Positions 27,422 to 35,648 of a DNA stretch of 64,000 bases are shown here, piece by piece (the stretch's first letter is position 1; each line of letters starts with the position of its first letter). The notes under the pieces were generated by a model. The model had not been told where the DNA came from. It ran no database searches and saw nothing but the letters and a program-made list of their open reading frames with translations. Origin of the DNA: Candidatus Eiseniibacteriota bacterium (GTDB lineage: Bacteria; Eisenbacteria; RBG-16-71-46); assembly GCA_005893225.1 (NCBI GenBank), contig VBOT01000053.1, forward strand, positions 3,462-67,461. The letters run 5' to 3'. Position numbers and translations under genes: made by a program.

Positions 27422-29565
27422 CAGCGCATCGTCACCGCGAATCCCCCTTCCGGCCGCGGCACGGCATCCATCACCGCGGCGCTCCCCGCGAACCGCTTGA
27501 GGCGCTGCTCGAGATTGCCGAGACCCAGACCGAGCCCGGGCGCCCCGTTGCCGGACGCGCCGTCGTCGCTGAACACCAGCGTCAGCCAGTCCGCCTCGCG
27601 CCGGGCCTCGAGCCGCAGGTGGAGGGCCCCGTTCCCGGGCGCGCAGCCGTGCTTCAGGCTGTTCTCCACCAGCGGCTGGAGCAGGAGCGGCGGCACCGCC
27701 GCCGAGAGCAGCTCCGGGGTCCCGCGGTACTCGAAGCTCAGCGGGTTCTCGTAGCGCTCGCGCGCCACGCCCAGGTAGTCCTCCACGAAGGCGATCTCCT
27801 CCGACAGCAGCGCCGCCCGCCGCTGGCCCGCCTCGATGGTGTAGCGCAGCATGTCGGCGAGCCGCTCGGTGAAGCGCTGGGCGGCCTTGGGATCGGTCTC
27901 GGTGAGGTAGGAGAGCGCGTTCAGGGCGTTGAACAGGAAGTGGGGCTGGACCTGGGCGTGCAGCGCGACCAGCTCGGCCCGGGTGGCCGCCTCGCGCAGC
28001 TCGACCGCCTGGCGCTCGGCCGCGGCGCGCTGCTCATGGAGCGACAGGTTCTCGAGCCGGATGCCGGCCTGGAGCACCAGGTTCTCGATCGTGTCGCGCT
28101 CCTCGTCCCGCAGCTCCTCGTGCTCGGCGAGCCGCGGCATGCCGTGCTCGGGCCACTCGATCGCGAGCTTGCGCTTGAGGCCGCGCGCGATCGCCGAATC
28201 GACGGCGGCCCGCACCTCGTCGCGGTCGAGCGCGCCAAGCAGCTCCCGCCCCGCCTGGACCAGCGCGGCCCGCAGCGCCTGGGGATCGCGGCCGTAGAGG
28301 CGGTCGAGCCCGCGCTGCAGCCGCTCGCGGAGCGGCGCGAAGGCGAACGCCACGATCAGCGCCGCGACCACGTTGAACACCACGGCATCCTCGCCGGTCG
28401 CGGCGGCGAACAGCCGCTGCGAGACCACCACGATCCCCAGGTAGAGCGCGGCGAGCACCCCCGAGAGGAGCGCGTAGGGCGTGCTGCGCACGATCAGCCG
28501 GCGCGGGTCGAACACCGGATCGTTGGCGATCAGGTAGGCGATGAGGAGCGGCGAGGCGAGCCAGGCGAACAGGATCACGGTCGAGAGCAGTCGCATCGAC
28601 GGCAGCGTGAGCAGCGTGATCATCTGCATCTCGGGGACGAGGTCGAGCGCCGCGGCCGACAGCAGGGTGCCGGCGAGCACGATCGCGAGCACCCGCTCGC
28701 TCGCCAGGAAGCGGCGGTCCGGCGGGGCGGGGCGCGCGTAGCGCAGCAGCAGCGAGAGCGCCCCGAGCGGCAGCGCCACGGTCTGGAAGAACAGGTAGAG
28801 CCGGTCGAGCGGGGTGTGGAACGCGCGGCTCGCCACGATCAAGGCGGGCGGGGTGACGTAGGCCAGGGCCACGAGCCAGAACCACACGCTCCGGGTCGGG
28901 CCGTGGCGGCTCCAGCGCGGCCGCGGGAACACGGTCATGAAGTGGAGGAAGCTCGCCGGATACCACATGACGAGGCCGTGGTAGATCCCGAGGTAGGTCT
29001 TGAACCCACGCCCTAGCTCCACCTGGGGGAAGCGGAACAGGCTCCACATGGTCCCGAGGGCCTGGAGGATGGCGAACCACAGGAACACCCACGCCGCGTT
29101 CAGGTCGGGGCGGCGCCACACCAGCAGGATCGCGACCAGGGGCGCGGCGATCACGGTGATGAGCTGCAGGGAGAGCACCCGGGCGCGCTGCCAGGCGCTG
29201 AGGCTGAGCGGCGGCACGGTGAGGTTCAGGAGCCGACCCGAGCGCTCGATCTCCATCGCCAGCGGGCCGGCCGGCCAGCTCTTGCCCTCCCGGAAGCGCT
29301 TGAGGATGTACTGCTGGGTGATCGGGTTCCCGTCGACGGCGACGAGGATGTCTCCCCTCCGCAGCAGCCCCTTGCCCGGGGGCCCCACGACCTCCGAGAC
29401 CCGCCCGCGGTGGTCCGGGGTCCAGTCGAGCTTGACGCCGAGCCGCTGGTAGGGGGTATGGGTGAGGAACCGCGGAACGGTGAAGAGGATGGCGGCGAGC
29501 ACGGCGCCGAGCGCGAGCCACCGGCGTGCGCGAAACGAGAGATTCACATGAAAACTCTGCCACAT
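27394..29565 (-). CDS. LytS/YehU-type sensor histidine kinase with N-terminal PDZ-like domain and multi-TM sensor region
   Basis: His_kinase (PF06580-like) FLFNALNALSYL. HATPase LVENSLKHG...GLGLGLGNLEQRL. PDZ-like RGDILVAVDGNPI. Probable start MWQSFHVN at 29565. Confidence 0.8.
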   Translation of the reverse strand: MWQSFHVNLSFRARRWLALGAVLAAILFTVPRFLTHTPYQRLGVKLDWTPDHRGRVSEVVGPPGKGLLRRGDILVAVDGNPITQQYILKRFREGKSWPAGPLAMEIERSGRLLNLTVPPLSLSAWQRARVLSLQLITVIAAPLVAILLVWRRPDLNAAWVFLWFAILQALGTMWSLFRFPQVELGRGFKTYLGIYHGLVMWYPASFLHFMTVFPRPRWSRHGPTRSVWFWLVALAYVTPPALIVASRAFHTPLDRLYLFFQTVALPLGALSLLLRYARPAPPDRRFLASERVLAIVLAGTLLSAAALDLVPEMQMITLLTLPSMRLLSTVILFAWLASPLLIAYLIANDPVFDPRRLIVRSTPYALLSGVLAALYLGIVVVSQRLFAAATGEDAVVFNVVAALIVAFAFAPLRERLQRGLDRLYGRDPQALRAALVQAGRELLGALDRDEVRAAVDSAIARGLKRKLAIEWPEHGMPRLAEHEELRDEERDTIENLVLQAGIRLENLSLHEQRAAAERQAVELREAATRAELVALHAQVQPHFLFNALNALSYLTETDPKAAQRFTERLADMLRYTIEAGQRRAALLSEEIAFVEDYLGVARERYENPLSFEYRGTPELLSAAVPPLLLQPLVENSLKHGCAPGNGALHLRLEARREADWLTLVFSDDGASGNGAPGLGLGLGNLEQRLKRFAGSAAVMDAVPRPEGGFAVTMRWCSRSKAAA

Positions 29566-29833
29566 GGCGGGAACGAGCCTCAAACATCCATTATCGCTTG
29601 CCGGGTGGCCCGCGGCCGCGGCTTGTCGACGAGCGCGGCGGCCCCGATGCACCAGCGCGGGGCGGTCTAGCGAATGAAGGCCCGTGGCTTGCTGTAGCTT
29701 ATGGCTGTATCCAGCAATGTCGGGGGGCTATAATCGCTGGCCGCTCTGAGCGGTAGGGGCCGAGGCAGGTCACCGACCTGTCAGGAAGCTCACCCGACCG
29801 GTCGTCTGTCTTCCACACTTGGAGGTTGAGACT

Positions 29834-31273
29834 TTGAAGAGCTCGAGATGGGCGGGCCTGGTGCTCGCGCTGGCCATCGGCCCGCTCCCGGCCCAGGCTG
29901 CGCCCGCCACGACCCAGCGTCCCCCTGCCGGCACGGCGCCGGCGCGGCGTCCCGCGGGGGCCACCGTCGCGCCCGCGCGGCGCGCCACGCCCGCCCAGCG
30001 TCTCCAGCGGCTCGACGGAATCGCCGCTGTCGTCAACGATGACGTGGTGCTCCAGAGCGATGTCGAGGAGCAGTTGGCGCTGTTCGTCATGCGCAGCCAG
30101 ATCCAGCCGGACTCGGCCGCCGTCGACACGCTGCGCCGCCAGATCCTCGATCAGCTCATCGACGAGAAGCTGATCGTGGCGGAGGCCAAGCGTCAGGGCA
30201 TCACCGTGCCCGACGCCGAGATCGAGAAGCAGGTGGCGGACGCGCTGGCGGACGTCCGGCAGCGGCTCGGGAGCGAGCAGGCGTACCGCGAGCAGCTCGC
30301 GAGAGAGAACATGACCGAGGAGAAGCTGCGCGACAAGTACCGCGACGAGATCCGGCGCCAGCTCCTGGCCCAGCGGCTGGTCCAGAAGCAGTTGCCGCAC
30401 AAGAGCGTGCTCCCGGCGGAGGCGGAGGCCTACTTCAAGGCCAACCACGACAAGTTCCCGAAGATGCCTCCCGAGGTCAGGCTCCAGGTGATCCAGATCC
30501 CCGCCGCCGCCGACTCGGCCACCGAGGCCAAGGCCAAGGCCGAAGCCGTGGCGGTTCGCAAGCGGATCCTGGCGGGCGAGAAGTTCGCCAAGGTGGCGGC
30601 GGATGTCTCCGACGACCCCAACTCCGCGCGTTCGGGCGGCGACCTCGGCTTCTTCACGCGCGGCACGGTGGACTCCTCGCTCGAGGTCGTGGCGTTCGGC
30701 CTCAAGATCGGCGCGCTGAGCCCGCCGGTGCGGAGCCCCTTCGGCTGGCACATCATCGAGGTGCTGGAGCGCGACACGGTCAGGACCGTGGCCGGGCGCG
30801 ACAGCCTCGATCAGCAGGGGCGCCCGGTGCCCGAGGTCCACGCGCGCCACATCCTGATTCGCGTGCCGGTGAACGAGGCCGACAAGGAGCGGTCCCGCAA
30901 GCTCGCCGAGCGGGTTCGCGGCGAGGCGCTCAAGGGCACGGACTTCGGGACCCTGGTGCGGCGCTACAGCAAGTACGACGGGCCCCAGAGCCCGGATGGC
31001 GACGTCGGCTTCGTGTCGATGTCTTCGCTCCAGCCGCAGATCCGCGCCGGGCTCGACACGCTCGAGATGGGGCAGGTCAGCGACGTGCTCGTCAACCAGG
31101 CGGGGTTCAACATCTTCAAGGTCAACGACCGCAAGCCCGAACGCGAATACACGCTCGACGAGATCCGGGGAGAGCTCCCCGAGGTGGTCGCCCAGATGAA
31201 GCAGCGGGACCGCTACGACCAGTGGGTGAAGGAGCTGCGCACCAAGGCCCACATCGAGATCCGGAACTCGTGA
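29834..31273 (+). CDS. surA: SurA-like periplasmic chaperone / peptidyl-prolyl isomerase (two parvulin domains)
   Basis: SurA N-domain IAAVVNDDVVLQSDVEEQ. Two PpiC domains (GGDLGFFTRGTV; DGDVGFVSMSSL). GGAGG RBS before TTG 29834 (track start TTG 29819). Confidence 0.8.
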   Translation: MKSSRWAGLVLALAIGPLPAQAAPATTQRPPAGTAPARRPAGATVAPARRATPAQRLQRLDGIAAVVNDDVVLQSDVEEQLALFVMRSQIQPDSAAVDTLRRQILDQLIDEKLIVAEAKRQGITVPDAEIEKQVADALADVRQRLGSEQAYREQLARENMTEEKLRDKYRDEIRRQLLAQRLVQKQLPHKSVLPAEAEAYFKANHDKFPKMPPEVRLQVIQIPAAADSATEAKAKAEAVAVRKRILAGEKFAKVAADVSDDPNSARSGGDLGFFTRGTVDSSLEVVAFGLKIGALSPPVRSPFGWHIIEVLERDTVRTVAGRDSLDQQGRPVPEVHARHILIRVPVNEADKERSRKLAERVRGEALKGTDFGTLVRRYSKYDGPQSPDGDVGFVSMSSLQPQIRAGLDTLEMGQVSDVLVNQAGFNIFKVNDRKPEREYTLDEIRGELPEVVAQMKQRDRYDQWVKELRTKAHIEIRNS

Positions 31274-31339
31274 AGGGCCGGCGCTGCCCTCCGCTGAGGC
31301 ATTGAGGCGGCGGTCGGCGCCTGCTAACGTGCGTTCTCG

Positions 31340-32062
31340 ATGATCACGTTCGATGAGGTGACGAGGCGTTTCGGAGAGCGTCTGGCGCTCGATTCCGTCT
31401 CCTGGCACATGGACGAGGGCGAGTGCCTGGTGCTCCTCGGCCCGAGCGGCGCCGGCAAGACCACGGTGCTGAGGCTCATCACCCACGAGATCAAGCCGAC
31501 CTCGGGAACGGTCCTGGTGGGCACGTTCCGCAGCGGCCGCCTGTCGCGCTCCCAGCGCGCCCTGCTGCGCCGCACGCTCGGCGTCATCTACGAGGATTTC
31601 CGCCTCCTGAACGACCGCACCGTGTTCGAGAACGTGGCGCTGGCGGTGCGCATCATGGGTCGGTTCGCCACCTCCGAGGTGGTCCCGCGGGTGATGTACG
31701 CGCTCGAGGAGGTCGGCCTCCAGCACAAGCAGACCGCGTACCCGAACGAGCTCTCCGGCGGCGAGAAGCAGCGGGCCGCGATCGCGCGCGCGATCGTGAA
31801 CCGCCCGGCGGTGATCCTGGCCGACGAGCCCACCGGGGCGCTCGAGCCAGGGAGCGCCGGCGAGGTGCTGGCGCTCCTCAAGCGCATCCACCTCTAGGGC
31901 GCTGCCCTGCTCCTCGTCACCACCCGCCGGGAGGTCGCTCATGCGCTCGGCGGGCGGGTGATCACCATCGTCGACGGGCGCGTCCGCGAGACCGAGGCGG
32001 GTGCCGGGCCGGCGCTCGCTGCGCCGATCGCGACCGGCCTCAGGCCGGTGGCCGAGCGCTGA
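31340..32062 (+). pseudogene. ftsE: cell-division ABC ATPase FtsE interrupted by in-frame TAG (31895-31897); H-loop His absent
   Basis: Walker A GPSGAGKTT, signature LSGGEKQR, Walker B ILADEPTG. After LKRIHL the TAG is followed in frame by GAALLLVTTRREVAHALGGRVITIVDGRV, the normal FtsE C-terminus, but with TTRR where THD is expected. Confidence 0.7.
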
Positions 32063-32063
32063 C

Positions 32064-32924
32064 GTGCACCTGTTCTACTTTCGCGAGGCCTGGCGGTCGC
32101 TGAAGCACCACCGCGGGCTCGCCTACACGGCGATCGTCTCGCTCACCGCCGCGCTCACGCTCTCCGGCGTGTTCCTGCTGCTGGCCCACAACGTCGAGCT
32201 GGCTCTGCGGCTGGTGGGAGACCGCCGCGAGATGGTCGTGTACCTGCGGGACTCGGTCACCAAGGAGCAGCGCGACGGGCTGGTGGCGCGCCTGCTGCAG
32301 CTCTACGGCACCGAGGTCACCTACGTGAACAAGGACCAGGCGTGGAAGGAGCTCTCCGACCAGATCGGGGACCGCGAGCTGCTCGAGGCGGTGGACACCA
32401 ACCCGCTGCCGGCCTCGCTGCGCGTCAAGCTCAAGCCCGAGTTGCTCAATTACCGGGCGATGGACGACGCGGCCCGGCAGGTGCGGGTGTTCCCCGAGGT
32501 CGAGGACGTGCGCTACGGCGGCGAGTGGGTGCGGCGCCTCGACGAGCTCGGCCTCGGCCTGCGCCGCGGCGCGATGATCGCGGGGCTCACCGTGGCGATC
32601 GCCATCGTGTTCGTGATCTACAACACCATCCGCCTCACCGTGATGGCCCGGCGCCCGCAGGTCGAGATCATGAGCCGGCTCGGTGCCACCGACCGCTTCA
32701 TCGCCGCGCCGTTCGTGATCGAGGCGATGCTCCAGGCGGCGCTCGCCGCCTTGCTGGCGCTCGGCCTGGTGTTCGCCCTCGAGCGCGCGTTCGAGGCCCG
32801 CGTGGTGGCGGTTTCGTTCCTGCCGGTGACGTGGGCCGCGACATTTCTCGGCGCCGTCGTGCTGCTCTCGTGGATGGCGGCCATGCTGGCGCTCTCGAGG
32901 GTGCTGCGCGCGGTCGGGCCGTGA
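32064..32924 (+). CDS. ftsX: cell-division permease-like protein FtsX
   Basis: FYFREAWRSLKHHRGLAYTAIVSLTAALTL plus 4 TM helices. GTG 32064 overlaps the ftsE stop (track start 32001). Confidence 0.85.
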   Translation: MHLFYFREAWRSLKHHRGLAYTAIVSLTAALTLSGVFLLLAHNVELALRLVGDRREMVVYLRDSVTKEQRDGLVARLLQLYGTEVTYVNKDQAWKELSDQIGDRELLEAVDTNPLPASLRVKLKPELLNYRAMDDAARQVRVFPEVEDVRYGGEWVRRLDELGLGLRRGAMIAGLTVAIAIVFVIYNTIRLTVMARRPQVEIMSRLGATDRFIAAPFVIEAMLQAALAALLALGLVFALERAFEARVVAVSFLPVTWAATFLGAVVLLSWMAAMLALSRVLRAVGP

Positions 32925-34096
32925 GGCGGCTGGCACTCGTCCTGATCGGGCTCCTGGCGGCCGGCACCGCGCTCGCCCAGGACAGCCTGGAGGCCGCGAA
33001 GCGCCAGGAGCTGGAGGCGATCCGGCGCGAGGCGCGCGAGAAGCGTGAGGCCGCCGCGCAGCTCAAGGGTCAGGAGAACAAGGCGCTCGCCCAGCTCCGG
33101 CGCACCGAGCGCGAGCTCAATCTCACCCACAAGCGCCTCCGCTCGCTCGACCAGCGGCAGCGCTCGCTCGACAGCCGGCTCGACGCCACGCGCGTGGACC
33201 TCGACCGCAGCGTGCTGTCGCTCCAGCAGCAGAAGGAGCGGCTCGCCCGGCGGCTGCGCAACCTCTACAAGTTCGGCGCCGCGCGCGAGCTGGAGTTCCT
33301 GCTCTCGCCGCGCTCGTTCGCGCAGCTCCTCGCCCGCTGGGACTTCCTGGTGATGATCGCCGAGCAGGACCGCATCCTGCTCCAGGACGTGCAGGCGCGG
33401 AAGGAGGCGGTCGAGACCAACAAGCAGCGGCTCGAGATCAACCTGTCCGAGACCGAGCGCAACGCCCGGCGCACCACCCGCGAGAACGACCGGCTCGCCA
33501 CCCTCCGCCAGCTCCGCGCCTCGACCGTGACCACGATCAAGTCCCAGCGCGAGACCTACGAGGCGGCCGCCGCCGAGCTCGAGAACACGGCCCGCGCGAT
33601 CCAGCGGCTGCTCACCCAGCTCGAGCGCCGGCGCCAGCAGGAGTCGGCGCACGAGCGCGCCCAGGGGCGCGAGCCGCAGCCCTACACCGGGGACTTCGCG
33701 CGGGGGCAGGGCCAGCTCGACTGGCCGCTGCGCGGCAGCCTGGTCGGACGCTTCGGGCCCGAGCGTCACCCCAAGTGGGGAACGGTGACCATCAACAACG
33801 GGATCGACATCGAGACCGAGATCGGCACGCCGGTACGCTCGGTCGCGAAGGGCCGGGTCGACTACACGAGCGAGGACTTCGGCACCTACGGCCAGATGAT
33901 CATCGTGAACCACGGCGACGGCTACTACACGCTTTACGGCCACCTCTCGGAGATCGGCGTCTCGGTGGGGCAGGAGGTCGCTGCCGGGCAGGTGATCGGC
34001 AACTCCGGCGACTCGGGATCGCTCAAGGGCCCGGTGCTGCACTTCGAGGTCCGCAAGGGCGGGACGTCGCTCGACCCCGAGCAGTGGCTGCGGTGA
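32921..34096 (+). CDS. M23/LytM-domain murein hydrolase activator (EnvC-like) with coiled coil
   Basis: Long coiled-coil region. C-terminal LytM domain GIDIETEIGTPVRSVAKGRV...GNSGDSGSLKGPVLHFEVR. GTG overlaps the ftsX stop. Confidence 0.8.
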   Translation: MRRLALVLIGLLAAGTALAQDSLEAAKRQELEAIRREAREKREAAAQLKGQENKALAQLRRTERELNLTHKRLRSLDQRQRSLDSRLDATRVDLDRSVLSLQQQKERLARRLRNLYKFGAARELEFLLSPRSFAQLLARWDFLVMIAEQDRILLQDVQARKEAVETNKQRLEINLSETERNARRTTRENDRLATLRQLRASTVTTIKSQRETYEAAAAELENTARAIQRLLTQLERRRQQESAHERAQGREPQPYTGDFARGQGQLDWPLRGSLVGRFGPERHPKWGTVTINNGIDIETEIGTPVRSVAKGRVDYTSEDFGTYGQMIIVNHGDGYYTLYGHLSEIGVSVGQEVAAGQVIGNSGDSGSLKGPVLHFEVRKGGTSLDPEQWLR

Positions 34097-34171
34097 GCGG
34101 AACGATTCCACGGTGGCCGCTCCGGGCGCGGCGCCCGCTGTGAACTTGACCCGGGAATAGCTGGGATCGAC

Positions 34172-35305
34172 GTGCCCATTCCCGCGCTCTCCGACCTCCT
34201 GGGACAGCCCGAGGCCTCCGCGTTCCTGAGCGGCGTCGTCGCGCGCGCCCGGTACGCCAACGCCTACCTCTTTCAGGGTCCCGCGGGGGTCGGCAAGGGG
34301 ACCGCCGCCCTGGCCTTCGCGCGCGCCGTCCTGTGCGACCGGAGCGGGGGAGCGCCTCCGTGCGGGCGCTGTCCCGCCTGCCTCAAGAGCGCCCGCCTCC
34401 AGCACCCGGATCTCAAGTTCCTGTTCCCGGTCTCCGGCGAGGAGAAAGATCTGGACGAGACCATCGCCGCCACGCTCGCGGCGTGGCGCGAGGACCCGCT
34501 CTTCGTGTTCTCCTACGAGAAGGCGGCCTCGATCCGTCTCTCGATCACCCGCGACCTGCTCCGCGAGCTTGCGTTCAAGCCGTTCGAGGCCCAGCGCCGC
34601 GTGGTGGTCGTGCGGGACGCCGACCGCATGCGCGAGGACCAGTACTCGGCGATGCTCAAGGCGATCGAGGAGCCGGGCGCCTCCAGCCTCTGGGTGCTCA
34701 CCACCGCGCGGCCCTCGCGCCTGCCGGCGACCATCCGCTCACGCTGCCAGAAGGTGCGCTTCGCCCCGCTGCCCGAGGACCTGATCGCGGACTTCCTCTC
34801 CGAGCGGGCCGGCATCACCGCGCGCCCCGCGCGCATGCTCGCGGCGCTTTCCGGAGGCTCGCTGGCCCGCGCGCTGACGCTGCGCGAGCAGGATCCGCTG
34901 GCGCTGCGCAACCAGGCGCTCGCCCTGCTCGAGCCCGCGCTGCGAGGGGACCCGGCCACTCTGTGGAAGACGCTCGGCCGCCTCGGTCGCCCCGGACGCG
35001 AGACGATCCGCCGCCTCGTCGAGTTCCACCAGCTCTGGCTGCGCGACATCCTGCGCGCCCGCTACGGCGCGCCGCGCGAGTCGCTGGTCCATCGCGACCG
35101 GGAGGAGGAGATCCGCAAGCAGGCGCAGACACTCGATGCCACCGAGGTCCGGCGCCGGCTGATGGTGCTGGAGGAAGTCCTGCGCGCGATGGAGAGCAAC
35201 GTCGCGGTGGAGGTCGCGCTGTTCTCGGCGCTGACCCGGCTGGCGGACCGGTCGCTCGAGACCGACTCCTGGCCCCCTCATCCGACCGATCGGTGGGCCT
35301 ACTGA
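34172..35305 (+). CDS. holB: DNA polymerase III subunit delta prime
   Basis: AYLFQGPAGVGKGTAALAFARAVLC, zinc module CGRCPAC, and SRCQKVRF sensor motif. Confidence 0.85.
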   Translation: MPIPALSDLLGQPEASAFLSGVVARARYANAYLFQGPAGVGKGTAALAFARAVLCDRSGGAPPCGRCPACLKSARLQHPDLKFLFPVSGEEKDLDETIAATLAAWREDPLFVFSYEKAASIRLSITRDLLRELAFKPFEAQRRVVVVRDADRMREDQYSAMLKAIEEPGASSLWVLTTARPSRLPATIRSRCQKVRFAPLPEDLIADFLSERAGITARPARMLAALSGGSLARALTLREQDPLALRNQALALLEPALRGDPATLWKTLGRLGRPGRETIRRLVEFHQLWLRDILRARYGAPRESLVHRDREEEIRKQAQTLDATEVRRRLMVLEEVLRAMESNVAVEVALFSALTRLADRSLETDSWPPHPTDRWAY

Positions 35306-35361
35306 AGACGCCGTCGCGCCGCGGCGTCCCGTGGCGCGGCCGGCCGACCCCGCCGCCGCCG

Positions 35362-35583
35362 TCATTCCTCCCGGGCGTAGAGCTCGACGTAGCCGCAGCG
35401 CTCGCAGCGGTACGCCGTGATCGGGTGCCGCGCCTTGCCGCGCGTCTTGGTTCGGCCCCAGAACGAGCGCTCCGGGGCCCCCTCGATCCAGGACGCCACC
35501 TTTCCGCTGTCGTGGTGAGATCGATCGAAGAGGAATCCCCGCTGCATGCTGGCCGAGCATCGCGCGCACTTCGGCTGATTCAT
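35362..35583 (-). CDS. small Zn-ribbon protein (two CxxC pairs; DUF2082-like predicted nucleic-acid-binding)
   Basis: 73 aa: MNQPKCARCS...YRCERCGYVELYAREE. Only the 3' end of the reported 445-aa ORF appears real. Confidence 0.6.
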   Translation of the reverse strand: MNQPKCARCSASMQRGFLFDRSHHDSGKVASWIEGAPERSFWGRTKTRGKARHPITAYRCERCGYVELYAREE

Positions 35584-35648
35584 GGTCCGCCCCTTTCCTC
35601 CTGCCTCACCCACCCGAGCGCCTGGCACGCTCGCGGCGGGCGAGCGTA

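Noticed and set aside
31895-31897. Possibility that TAG is recoded (amber suppression or alternative genetic code)
   Set aside because: TAG is used as an ordinary terminator by neighbouring genes (for example at 4438-4440 and 6993-6995). A local error or pseudogenisation is more parsimonious.
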